Counted from the first letter of the whole stretch, positions 45,982 through 58,187 are shown. The stretch: 62,598 bases of DNA, filler included, from Dimargaris cristalligena (GCA_003614675.1; 26 parts of 26 records of this genome joined end to end with filler, not necessarily neighbours in it); one strand, 5' to 3'. Program-made: numbers and translations. Notes: a model not told the origin generated them from the letters alone.

Positions 45982-47540
45982 NNNNNNNNNNNNNNNNNNN
46001 NNNNNNNNNNNNNNNNNNNNNNNNNTTAATTAATTAANNNNNNNNNNNNNNNNNNNNNNNNNNNNNNNNNNNNNNNNNNNNGGGCCGGTTACTTTCTAGA
46101 CCTAAATACATTTTTAATCTGTATAGGGGTGATAAGGTATTAAGATAAAATAGATATAGCAACATTAGTTAGAATCAATTATATATTCGAAAGAGGCCAT
46201 TGTACATATACTTCTGACGCATTGGGAATATAGAATTGGCCGTGGTGGTAAAGGGGACAAGGTTCATTATAACTCCTTGGAAACAAGCAGCCACCGCCCC
46301 AATTATCCTTTCACCTCCACCCTTTCATTAACTGTAGTATCAGTATGAATTATTCCAGCAGCCAAATGACAGTGTAATGGTCGCCAATTGAGCAGTTTAT
46401 AAAGGGTGAATGGCTACACCAGTAATGCAGATATAAATATAAATAATATAATGAACTTACCTTTTGTAAAACCCAATATATGGGTTTTACGATTGGGGCC
46501 TTGGGATCGGCCGTAGGGTAATCCCTACTGGGCCGATCCTTGCCCTTAATTAGTAAAAATTTATTCAAAGTCATATTTATGATATATATGACTTTAAATC
46601 TATATTCGAAAGCTTTAGGCAAGGAGAGCTGGTGCATTTATATATCTACGGGGGTACTCCAACTGACCTATCAAAAACACGTGTATTGGGCGGGGAATAG
46701 GGGTTTCCCTTACAGGAAAAAAAGAATTAATGAGGCCATTGGTGAAGCGAATTTTTAACATTGGCTGGTATAACAGTATTGGATAGTTGGGTTTTCCTTG
46801 TATTGTGTCTTCCCTTCCAATTTCAATCCAATTCAATCGCAAGTGCCACTGGTATTGTGGTTTTACATATCCTAATAGCAGGCCCCGACCTTTTCCTTGA
46901 AGGTGGGGTGACTCTTTCACCAACAATAGTACTTCCCATTCACTTGGAGAAGCATTCATTCCATGAATAATAATACTTTTCCCTGTAGTAGCCAAGAACA
47001 ATTTGGCTATTCTCATTGATATCCCCTGCTCGCTTAAAACAAGGTACATCAGCATTGTCCTATTTGTCCATTGTCAATATGACCTTATATTCCCGATAAC
47101 TGGCCCTATTTCCCACATATTCTGCACTCGAATTGTCTAGCTAGATATGGCACCCTTATTTCCCACCCTGTATGTCTTGTTAATGTCTAAGTGTAATGAC
47201 AATGCCACTATTCCTTCAAGGTATGGCTCCACGAAGCCGAATTCAGTTGGATTAGTGGTCACCACAGGTAAAAATAATGTATCATTAAACCAAATAGTGA
47301 TTTATTTATCATGAAGACTAGAATATTCCTTAATGTAGATGTATGTAAATATTTTTTAGATCCATTTTGTGCATACAGGCACCAAACCTAGGGGTACTCT
47401 TTCGTATCAATGTGGAATGCCATCATAGATTTATAAATTCCTATTGAAAGGTGCTACAAACATACCTTGTATATAAATATAATAATTTAATAATAATAGT
47501 CTATACCTGTGGCAATTAAGGGGACACTCCACCTTGCCAC

Positions 47541-47639
47541 ACCAGGGGGAGATTATGGGAAGTTACATATGACACTGTATGGCCTAGTCAGGATGGATGA
47601 TCACTACACCTGGATTAAGTTAGATGAGAAGGGCCAACA
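47541..47639 (+). mobile_element. Family B LTR 3' fragment
   Basis: Aligns with 49292-49390; ends GGGCCAACA. Confidence 0.65.
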
Positions 47640-48234
47640 GCATGTTAAACATGATATGTTCAGAAGGATTTGGGGTCAGTTGTGATGTGGCTGATAAGAT
47701 CCGGTGTACATTTTATATCAGAAGATTAATCAACTAATGTTTCATGATTAGTATCTATGGGCTAAACGCTCTAGGCCAATAAAACGAGTGATGGACAGAG
47801 GGAGAGAGGCCTGGGTAAATGTTAGGTCATTCCCATCCTGATCCAGCCCACTTGTTCTCATCAATCATTATTACCCGGCCGTTGTAAGCCATAAGGTATT
47901 TATAGGCGCTCGACTCCGCTCACCCTATTCCCAACCTACCCTCACTTCTTTTATTAATTATTTCTTCAAAGGAGGTACAATATGCCTATTGGGTATTTGG
48001 TTGGCGTTGTACAACTGGGCAATCGCTCCATTATTTGATTTTGCTGCCGTATATTCAACTCTGACCCACATTGTATATATCCTAGGCGCGAATTAGCAAT
48101 CTGCGCTATCCATTTTTAAATACCTCCCTTATTAATTATTACATTGCGGCTCTAGAGTGCATTTATTAAATTCAATAGCCTGATTTGGTTTGTTGTTAAA
48201 TACCACTGACTTCTCGGTCTCCTAAAATATCTAG

Positions 48235-48374
48235 TACTATTCCTATTCATCCAACACGGCCGCCAACGCACCCCCCGCAACCGCCCGCATAACCCCCCTG
48301 CCTTGGCGGCAAATAACGGTCCTGATGCTGTTCCGAATCAGCGAGCCCATCAGCTTCACCGTCCTCTTTCTCTT
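48235..48374 (+). CDS. N-terminal fragment of an MFS transporter (ZIFL/YCR023C-like); truncated
   Basis: Translates ...ITPLPWRQITVLMLFRISEPISFTVLFL, matching the TPLP..Q......EP..FT family motif; start not resolved. Confidence 0.55.
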
Positions 48375-48474
48375 NNNNNNNNNNNNNNNNNNNNNNNNNN
48401 NNNNNNNNNNNNNNNNNNTTAATTAATTAANNNNNNNNNNNNNNNNNNNNNNNNNNNNNNNNNNNNNNNNNNNN

Positions 48475-48544
48475 CTTTTCCCTTTTATTATCTATCTTTT
48501 CAAATAAAGTTCAGTTTTCAAGGATTTGAGTTCAGTTCTTTACA
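48475..48544 (+). mobile_element. Family C LTR end, nested in a family B fragment (48545-48598)
   Basis: ...AATAAAGTTCAGTTTTCAAGGATTTGAGTTCAGTTCTTTACA. Confidence 0.75.
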
Positions 48545-48807
48545 GATGGGCTGGGACAATCAGTATTCCCATATTAGGAAGGATTAGGTGGGCTGATATA
48601 TAACCTCAGATAAGAGTGAGTAGGGGACCACATATGATTGTTAAACTTAGTAGATGGCTATAATCTACCCTGGTCTACTGTTAGTACTTATAAGGTTATG
48701 GTCTCAGGAATATTGGTAAGATCTGGGGAAGCAGGACTAATGCAGTGACCTGGGTTGGCCCCTGCTCTGGCTATAAATATAATATTATCTTAATTATTAT
48801 TTTTATC

Positions 48808-49390
48808 TATTACCTGGGTTAACTACTCTTAGTCCATCAAGAGTCTTAGGGATAGGCTTCTAATAGTAGGTAGGGCTTAGGCTCAGCTAAGTAGGCTACT
48901 CGTATCAGGTATAGGTATAGTATTAATCAAAAAAGGCATAGGCAATTAGGTATATAAGGGACATGCAGTAGGAATACTTACTAGTCAGTATAAGGGGGTA
49001 AGCATAAATAAAGTTTATTGAGGTAAACTAGGGGATAAGAATAAGTTAAGGAATCTAACAAGTCCCAAGGGGACCTAATTATATATATGTAGGGGGGCAG
49101 CTCCAGAGGGAGGCCCCAATAGGACTTACTACTAGACTAATAATATGATGAATAAACCAACTAGATGGCCATGAGGACCTGGAAGACTCTAATAGTAACT
49201 GGAAGAGTCTTTAGATCAGCAATGGATTAATTAATATGAAGAGGTGGAGTCTGGAAGGGGGAGGGTTTTATAATATAGAAGGATCCTATAGTACCAGGGG
49301 TGACTATGGGAAGTTATATATAGCACTATATGGCCTAGTTGGGATGGATGATTACTACACCTGGATTAAGTCAGATTAATAGGTCCAACA
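48808..49390 (+). mobile_element. Family B solo LTR, very TpA-rich copy
   Basis: TATTACCTGGG...GGTCCAACA. Confidence 0.8.
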
Positions 49391-50151
49391 TAGCTAAAGA
49401 GCTAGTTAAAATAAATAGGGCAGAGCTTAAAAGGACAGGGCTTATAATTATATTATAGGGTTAGTACAATTATAAGTATAAATATAACCCCACCTACTAT
49501 GCTGGTACTCAATTGAGTATTAGCACTAGCCCTACCCTTTCTGGGTATGCCCCCTCCCCATTACAATAAAGATTAAGTCTCTTTGGCTTATATTGGTGGC
49601 AATGGATGAGTGGATGATATAGGAGGGGAAGGTTATATCCGTCCCCTAAAGGTCACGTGACCTGAATATGATGGGCCACCTTTATGGATTTTACCCTATA
49701 TAGTTAGGTTGAACTTCACCCACATGTATCAAATAGAACAGAAAGGGAACCTCCAAGATCCATAGAGGGGAGTGGGGGGCACTGTATAAGTCTATTACCA
49801 GTCCTAGGCCGGGTATTATAGTTATCCCAATGCTATTCTTACTAGCCAATATAGTGTATTCTATATATAGAAGGGTCTACCACTAAATAGCCCAGCGCCT
49901 ACTAAGGATAGTCAATATGACCGTAACAATAGTATAAAAATCGGACATGTCCGCCCCCATGTTATCGACACCCACTTCAACAGATATTCTATACTCACTC
50001 TTATTCTCATTCGCATCCCCACTGCCACCCCAAATACTATTACTTTCACTATTACACTACTTTAACTATCCTTGTATTACACTGATAAACCATTTGATTA
50101 CTAGCTTATTCTAACCCCACTCTACACCAGCCCAATTCACAGCTATCCATC

Positions 50152-50505
50152 ATGCGCTTCGTTATCCCCACCATGTTTGCCCTGATCGCATCTGCGACCA
50201 TGTCCCTAGTTCTCGCCTATCCACTGCCCAATGGCTCAGGCCACCATTATACTGAAGCAACCATCACCCATCTAGTGCATTGGGCCACTAAAATTGGGGG
50301 CATCCACAAGACACCCCCACCCCAAAAAGCCATATGTGTCAAGTCGGGTAACACGAAAGAGCTAATTGCCAAGTTCGGTGGAGGAAAGGTGAAAGAGCCA
50401 CTGCCAGAGAAAAAGCTGGGTTTTGTCAAAACCCGGGTTGGAATACATAACACAGTAGATGAGAAAAACAGCGGGAAATCCCTTCAACCGAAACAAGTAT
50501 ACTAA
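50152..50505 (+). CDS. Small secreted Lys-rich protein (117 aa); candidate effector
   Basis: Signal peptide MRFVIPTMFALIASATMSLVLA-YP; TATAAAA at 49933; AATAAA downstream; intronless. Confidence 0.7.
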   Translation: MRFVIPTMFALIASATMSLVLAYPLPNGSGHHYTEATITHLVHWATKIGGIHKTPPPQKAICVKSGNTKELIAKFGGGKVKEPLPEKKLGFVKTRVGIHNTVDEKNSGKSLQPKQVY

Positions 50506-50608
50506 GCAATGTAGATAACCTTATAATTTTTGAACTAAAAGCCGCCATCTATTCTTCAATAAACAATTACTCAGGTTGGTCCCCAAGGGCCATCTTAATG
50601 GAATTTCT

Positions 50609-50766
50609 TGTTGGAAATATAAGTTTGATGGTAAACGCAAGTGCCTTCAGATATAACTAAAACAATTCAAAGAAGAGAGAAAGAACTGCAAGGGGCAAAG
50701 CTAGATGCCCACGGTTGGTTTTATTGAATTGGATAATAGCAGTAATAACGATTAGGACGAAGTTCC
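50609..50766 (-). mobile_element. Copia LTR family D end
   Basis: TGTTGGAAATATAAG... homologous to the 8551 copy and to 56466-56725. Confidence 0.75.
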
Positions 50767-51146
50767 NNNNNNNNNNNNNNNNNNNNNNNNNNNNNNNNNN
50801 NNNNNNNNNNTTAATTAATTAANNNNNNNNNNNNNNNNNNNNNNNNNNNNNNNNNNNNNNNNNNNNTGAATGTCTAAGTGACATTCATACTGTTTTGCAT
50901 TTTAGGGGCACTGGTTAAGATAATGCAATTATATTTGCTCTTCCTGATTATTGCTATATTGTGCTATTAATGACTTATCCAGCTTGGTAGTTGATTACTC
51001 ATGACTATATCATGGCCCCTTACGCCATAGTCTAGTAGTCTTGCTGTTCATGTAACTTTTAATTTATATGTTTGTTTTGAGCTATTCACATACATACAAT
51101 CAATCATAAATATTCCATTTTTCTGGTTCCCATCAATGTACAATAT

Positions 51147-51281
51147 GGGTGAAATTCGGCGCAGCTGTAAAAGGGTTAAAATAATATGTATATATGATAA
51201 TAGGTGGGATACTCATTTTGACCAGTAATATATACCTTATCCGTCGGATTTTTTGCTAAACGGTCTGGATGAACCTCTCCC
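51147..51281 (+). mobile_element. MITE family E
   Basis: ATAT-GGGTGAAATTC...GAACCTCTCCC-ATAT. Confidence 0.7.
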
Positions 51282-53275
51282 ATATAATGGAAGCCAAGCT
51301 AGCAAGGATGTTTCATTACGCACTCCCATTTACGCTATTCCCCTGAAGATATCTAGCTGTGGCAGGTCGTATTGGATAAATAGCATCAGTGGTTTTTAAA
51401 CTAAAGCTGAATAACTACCTTGACAAGGTATATGCCCTCCCCCTTTTCCCTTGGATCTATCATAAGCGAGAATTACTTAAAATTGCTAACACTTTCATTC
51501 AATAGTTTAATCAAATGAACCAGGAATGAATTAACCATTTCATATTTTAGAAGTGAATTGAAGCAGATATTAAATTATCGGACAGGCTTAATTGTATAGT
51601 CGGGTGGGATTCTATCATCGATTTCATCCCTGCCAATCTGCCAGTGGATATAGTTTTTTGGGGGATATACTATTAGGCAAATAAAACTACAAATAGCAAA
51701 AGGAAACAGCTAGAGGACGGCGGGTGGCTCTAAGTGCTTAATTATATTAAATGAAAAATATAGTTCCGGGACTTGGGCATCCTGGGGGATTCGGCGTATT
51801 CCCGCCGAATTCAGGAGAACAGGAACCAAGTAGGGTGCTTGGTAACAAAATACTGCTCCTTCGGGGATGTAGGCCAAGAAAACGGGGATAATGGCGAATA
51901 CCCTGACTCTTTCAGAGAGACAGAGTGAAGACGGGATGATCGGGAAATATGTACTTTTTATGAGGATTACATTTTCGATAAACGATCTTTAATAAATCGA
52001 CAAAGTCGAATCAATAATTACGGACTAGGGAAGATCCGGCTATTTACAAATTTGCCCTTATGGACTCATTATCCTAGAAATCGGTGGACGATTACTATGA
52101 ATATATTTTTTTCGAAAACATTTCGTAGAATAATCCCCTAAAATAATCGGGAGCGAATTGTCGCAACGAAAAATATACCCGCATTCTGAATCGTACTTGG
52201 GGCCACGCTTGCACTTCGCAAGTTGGGGAATAAAATTGGTGGGTTTACACACGCCGGGCATCAGAACTTGCTATAACATCGCCGGAGGTTTCCTTGCGGC
52301 TACCAACAGTGGCTCTTCGACATTGGCGGCCTCTGCCTTTGCATTAGATTCGGTATCGGAGGTTACTTTCCACCTACGGATTCAGATGCGACGATTGCTT
52401 CTTTCCCTAGACCAGTGGCAATGCCTCAGTCGCCACAACATGAATATTTTGGAAATGATGATTTGCGATATAATCAATTAATTACAGACTTCCCCAAATC
52501 CTACGTTTTTTTAGTAGTGTACTTGCACTGGTCCGCCAGCGGAAACGAATTCAGGCTCAGCATCCATGACCAAATGGCTATTCCCGCCAGGATCGGGCAA
52601 AGCCACTGCTTAGATACCAATGGGTGGAAGGGATGTGCGATGGTTGGCATGGCCTGCCGAAGGCGGACACCTTCAGGGGTTGTGCGTGGATGGGAGTGGG
52701 GAATAAAAAGTCTTTACCGCTTTGGTTTCCACTGTCCTCTAGGAAGCTTTGCTGTTGTTCGTGACATGCACCACGGCCTGGATTAATCACAAGGCCAACC
52801 GGGTCGATTCTGGTTCTATGCTTATTGAATTCTCTAACAATTGACGTCAGAACCCCACTAACGGCTCATTCAATCCGATGATTCCTAGTGCTGCGGCAGT
52901 CCGCAGCTGAATCCGCCATACGTTCGACCTTCGGCCTTTTTCAATGGCCATGCATAGTTTGCTGTTATCACCGCAACCACAATTGCTGTATAAATACCAG
53001 CAGCTTTCTTGGTCAATTAGGAATAATAAATATTTTCATACTATACCTTCTCCTAGTATACTTCCTGATTAAATTGATTAGGTCTATTTTCCAGATCCAT
53101 TGTGCTTCTTTTTGTTTCGTTTCTAACGCTTATCTTCTATATATTATTTTACATTACCNNNNNNNNNNNNNNNNNNNNNNNNNNNNNNNNNNNNNNNNNN
53201 NNTTAATTAATTAANNNNNNNNNNNNNNNNNNNNNNNNNNNNNNNNNNNNNNNNNNNNACGGCCGCACCCATTAG

Positions 53276-54763
53276 TATACTCTCAAACCAACGCTTGCCG
53301 AAGTGAAGACCATTCTGGCGGAAACCGGCGCTAATGTTGTCCCGATCTACCAGGAAATTCCGTCCGATCTCCTCACGCCGGTATCGGCATACCTAAAGAT
53401 TGCCCAGGGCAGTGACTACTCGTTTCTCTTCGAGACCGTCGCCGAGAAGGAGGTCACCGGCCAGTACTCGTTCCTGGGGGCCCAGCCCTATGAAGTCATC
53501 CGGACCGGTCCCCAGGAGGCCCGGGCGGTGGATCCCTTGGTGGATGTGGAATCGCGCCTTTCCCAGATTAAGTACGCCTCGGTGCCCGGTCTGCCCACCT
53601 TCACGGGCGGGGCCGTGGGTTACATTTCCTTCGATTGCATTAAGTACTTTGAGCCCACTACCGCGGTTGATCTGAAGGATAACCTGGGTATTCCCGAAAG
53701 CGTCTTTATGCTGGTGGACCAATTGGTGATTTTCGACCACCGATTCAATTTAATCAAGGTGGTGGCCCATATTCGGACCGATACCGATTCCCAAAGCAGC
53801 GTGGATCAGCTCTACCAGGAGGCCCAGGCCCGCATCCAGGCCACCATCGCGTTGCTTAACACCGCCGAGGTACCCTTGCCTCCGCAGGGCCCCATCCGCT
53901 TAGGCCAGGAAGGTACTTCCAATATCGGTCAGGCCGGCTACGAGGGCATCGTGGAGGAGCTCAAGAAGAACATTATACAGGGGGACATTTTCCAGGCCGT
54001 ACCTTCCCAACGAGTGGCCCGCCCCACTGACTTGCACCCGTTCAATGCCTACCGCTACATGCGGACCATCAACCCGGTGCCCTATATGTTCTATCTTCAT
54101 ATCAAGGATTTCCAAGTCGTCGGAGCTTCTCCTGAAATGCTGGTGCGCGTCCATGACCGCATTGCGTACACCCACCCCATTGCGGGAACCCGCAAACGGG
54201 GGGCCACCCCGGCGGAAGACCAGGCCCTCGCCGACGACCTACTGGCCGATACCAAGGAGTGCGCCGAGCATGTGATGCTGGTCGATCTCGGTCGTAACGA
54301 CGTCAATCGGGTGTGCAAGCCCGAAACGGTGAAAGTGGACTCGTTGATGAAAATCGAACGGTACAGCCACGTCATGCACATTGTGAGCAAAGTGAGCGGT
54401 GAACTGCGGCCCGACCAGACGGGCTTCGATGCCTTCCGTTCCATTTTCCCCGCGGGTACCGTGAGCGGCGCCCCGAAAGTCCGGGCTGTGCAGCTGATCA
54501 GTCAGTACGAAGGAGAAAAGCGGGGCATTTACGCCGGCGCCGTCGGCCATTTCGGCTTCTCCGGCGATTTGGATACCTGTATCGCTATCCGGTCCATGCT
54601 ATTCAAGGATGGCGTGGCCTACCTCCAGGCCGGCGGCGGAATCGTCTACGACTCGGTGCCCTTGACGGAATGGGAGGAAACCCTCAATAAAATGCGATCC
54701 AGTATCAAGACCATCGAAGGTGCCGAACTTTACCATCACCAACTGCAGCAACAACGGCAATAA
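53276..54763 (+). CDS. TRP2: Anthranilate synthase component I; main exon (first exon is off the contig)
   Basis: DLLTPVSAYLK, GDIFQAVPSQR, GASPE, PIAGTRKRG, EHVMLVDLGRND and FPAGTVSGAPK motifs; CATTAG acceptor at 53275 followed by YTLKPTLAEVK. Confidence 0.95.
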   Translation, partial: YTLKPTLAEVKTILAETGANVVPIYQEIPSDLLTPVSAYLKIAQGSDYSFLFETVAEKEVTGQYSFLGAQPYEVIRTGPQEARAVDPLVDVESRLSQIKYASVPGLPTFTGGAVGYISFDCIKYFEPTTAVDLKDNLGIPESVFMLVDQLVIFDHRFNLIKVVAHIRTDTDSQSSVDQLYQEAQARIQATIALLNTAEVPLPPQGPIRLGQEGTSNIGQAGYEGIVEELKKNIIQGDIFQAVPSQRVARPTDLHPFNAYRYMRTINPVPYMFYLHIKDFQVVGASPEMLVRVHDRIAYTHPIAGTRKRGATPAEDQALADDLLADTKECAEHVMLVDLGRNDVNRVCKPETVKVDSLMKIERYSHVMHIVSKVSGELRPDQTGFDAFRSIFPAGTVSGAPKVRAVQLISQYEGEKRGIYAGAVGHFGFSGDLDTCIAIRSMLFKDGVAYLQAGGGIVYDSVPLTEWEETLNKMRSSIKTIEGAELYHHQLQQQRQ

Positions 54764-55538
54764 TAGTGGCCATTGCAATTGGCTACCAAAATTTACCTAT
54801 CGGCTCTTGATTTTTGATTTATTTCGCTTTTTTTTTTAAAAAAAAAACAACAACTATATTTATATCTATTATTACCAAACATGAGGTAGGAATTGTCGGT
54901 GCGGATTGGCTGTTGAGTTCAAAAACGAAATCGATCATTCGTATCCGCCTTTGACATCATTTGGGAATGACCACCTCCTTCCATACGCTATAACAGTTTG
55001 ACTAAATTTAGCTGAAAAGCCACCCATTCTTCTTCGTTCTTTTTTATAATATAAAATTATATTTAAAACACGTCCCAATTAGAGGCCGTGGATTATAATC
55101 ATTCCGTCTGCTGGGTGATCCGCCCGTCTAAGTCGCTTTGACCATTTTCCAAGCCGGCACCCCGTTTTTTCCACCATAGATGCGTATACATTTGACACAA
55201 GGGGGTGCTAAATGGGGGCGGTCTGCTAATGTGGGGCCATCTTACCAATAGCCCCTTGGTTTAAACATCCGCTGGGCCCGTGTAGATTTCAGTAATTGCA
55301 TGCGGTAGTATATAACGGCAGCCCCATTTCATCATTTGTTGAATCGTATGGCTGGCTGCTGGGATGCCACCTGGCCACGGGATTACGGCTAAACCGATAA
55401 GAATGCCATGGCGGGGGTATTCAAGCGGACTTAGAATGNNNNNNNNNNNNNNNNNNNNNNNNNNNNNNNNNNNNNNNNNNNNTTAATTAATTAANNNNNN
55501 NNNNNNNNNNNNNNNNNNNNNNNNNNNNNNNNNNNNNN

Positions 55539-55608
55539 CCTTTCCCTTTTATTATCTATCTTTTCAAATAAAGTTCAGTTTTCAAGGATTTGAGTTCAGT
55601 TCTTTACA
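55539..55608 (+). mobile_element. Family C LTR end nested in copia pol
   Basis: Matches the 48475-48544 copy. Confidence 0.75.
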
Positions 55609-56445
55609 CTAGGAATCCATGTTACCCAAGAGGACGTCAAAGGTGGTAAGCAAATTTGTTTATACCAACAAAAATATATAGATAACTTGTTAGTTAATTA
55701 TTCTATGATTGACTGTAACCCAGCTAAAACCCCCATAGAAACAGGGTGTAAACTGGTTGCTGCCACCTCTGATCTTGATACAGAGGACATCCCTTTTGCC
55801 AACTTAATTGGAAGCCTCATGTACCTAGCAAACTCAACAAGGCCTGACATTGCCTACACCATCAATAGGTTAAGTACATTTAACTTTAGGTCAGCCTCTG
55901 AGCACTGGCAAGCTGCAAAACATGTCTTATGGTACCTAAAAGGAATGAAAAACAGTGGACTTACCTTTAAAAAAGGTGACAAACTGTGACTAGAAGGAGC
56001 CACTGATAGTGACTGGGCAAACAGCCCCACTGACAGGAAGTCAATCACCAGGTACATTTTTGTTTTGGCCAGTTCACTAATTAGTTGGGCATCAAAGAAA
56101 CAAAAGATCATTGCCACATCCACTGCTGAAGCCAAGTACATCACCCTATCTGAAGCCATTAAAGAAGCAATCTAGTTAAAGGCATCACTGGAATTCCTGG
56201 GTGAAACCATGCCTACAGTGACCATTGATTGTGACAACACAGCTAGCATTGCCATGGCAACCAATCCGGGAAACCATAATTGAACCAAACATATAGATAT
56301 TCATTACCACTTTATTCATGACTATATTGAAAAAGGAGTAGTAAAATTAAACAAGGTAGTGAGCGAAAAACAAAGGGTGGACTTCCTAACTAAAGCCCTT
56401 AGTTTACCAGCCTTTTCTCACTGTTTTCAGCTCTTTGGATGGGAT
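55609..56445 (+). pseudogene. Degenerate Ty1/copia pol (RT C-terminus and RNase H)
   Basis: IGSLMYLANSTRPDIAY, TDSDWA...DRKSIT, ATSTAEAKY, TKHIDIHYHF and DFLTKAL motifs, with in-frame stops. Confidence 0.93.
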
Positions 56446-56465
56446 AATAATAAATGAAAGGGGAA

Positions 56466-56725
56466 TGTTGGAAATTCATTTCCCCCGTCCCACTGATTCC
56501 ATCTCTGTGATTGGCCCATCCTATACTCAGGACTATTTTCTAGCCATTACTATATCATTCTACACCTTGGACTTTGTTCTAATCATTATTAATGCTATTA
56601 TACAATTCAATAAAACCAACCACAGGCATCTAGCCTTACCCCTTGTAGTTCTTTCTCTCTTCTTTGAATCTTTTCAGTTGTATATGAAGGCACTTGTATT
56701 TACCATTCAATCTATATTTCCAACA
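56466..56725 (+). mobile_element. Copia 3' LTR (family D, 260 bp) preceded by a polypurine tract
   Basis: Polypurine tract at 56456-56465; perfect 10-bp terminal repeat TGTTGGAAAT/ATTTCCAACA. Confidence 0.88.
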
Positions 56726-57127
56726 TGATGTGACTCTACTGGGTTGTTGGGCACCAGACCATGATGAGGAAGCCAGTCAGAACAACCAGTCCATAAGTGA
56801 GAAAGGGTACAGCAGGGGTAGTAAAGGAGATTATTCAGTCAGTGACATGATATGAAAATGCTTGGAGCATAATATTACCAGAGGAATACAAGTAAATGAA
56901 TTATAACCAAGAAAAATACTTCATTCATATCAAAATATACATAATCAAATACTGTCATTACTTTACAATTTTGCTCTTTGATGGCCTTGTTAGGAAAATA
57001 ATCAATTAATAACTTACATTTTAAAGAAGAATTTATTTAGGAATAATAATTTAGCAAAGTATGCAAAATGATGTTGACTAGTTTGCTCCTCTGAACTTAG
57101 GAGCATAATTGATGTGTTTAAATATCC

Positions 57128-57677
57128 TATTGGCCTGCCTAATCCTTCCTAAATATGGAACACTGATCACCCTATCCAATTACCTTATAGCACCATATTA
57201 CCCCTCCCTCAACTATATAACCCACTATGACCAGGTCCCAATGCTTCTTACACTATACTCCACTGGCTGATCCAATGACCCTCCTCTCTCAGTGAGAGTC
57301 TTCCAAAAGCAAGCCCACCTAGTCGAAATTCTAACCCTCACCTCTTCTACTAGTCATCCCATTCCCTTAGGGACCCCTCACTATGAGCAGTCCCCATGTA
57401 TAAATAACTGGGCCCCTCTGGGACTGGTTCAGTTCCTTAGCTTATTTCTTACCCCCATAGTTTACCTTAATAAACTCCTTATATGCTCACCCATTGTATT
57501 AGCCAGTAAGTGTGCCCACTGCATGTCCCTTGCATTAGCCTACACTCATCCTTTATTGGTTAGTACTGATCCCTCCCTAATACTAGTAGCCTGCTTGGCT
57601 AAGCCTAAGCCCCACCTACCATTAGAAGCCTATCCTCGAGACTCTTGATGGACTAAGAGTGGTTAACCTGGGTGACA
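57128..57677 (-). mobile_element. Family B solo LTR with perfect 5-bp TSD TATCC
   Basis: TATCC at 57123-57127 and 57678-57682. Confidence 0.88.
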
Positions 57678-58187
57678 TATCCGAACAGTAATACTATTGA
57701 TAAATGGTTTTGTCAATGCCCATGTGGCCTCTAGCAACAAGTTCGCCAGCATTGATCATTATCTACCTTCGCTTTTCATCTTGGCATTGGGTACGCGTTT
57801 CAATATACAGGGAGAATTAGCGGTCGATNNNNNNNNNNNNNNNNNNNNNNNNNNNNNNNNNNNNNNNNNNNNTTAATTAATTAANNNNNNNNNNNNNNNN
57901 NNNNNNNNNNNNNNNNNNNNNNNNNNNNGGATGCAGTTCTTGGGTTCGAGGTGGTTTTTATTTATATTTGATCTTGGAAGGTAAGCGGCGGAGTCGGCTT
58001 CCTCCGTTTGCCCAGTAAACGGTTCAGGTGATGGAGGTGGAGGTAGTGGACGAGTAATTTTTTTCATAAACCCTTAATATCTCCCACCCAACTGGCATGG
58101 GGGGGCCGGCTTTTCTTATGAAAGAAAGAGACCTACTGGGTAATATGCAAATGCTGTTGGTGTCTACTGTCTAGTGGAGGGAGGGGA

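Noticed and set aside
56435-57648. ORFs 56435-56728 and 57292-57648
   Set aside because: They lie almost entirely within LTRs of families D and B and are not seen as ORFs in other copies.
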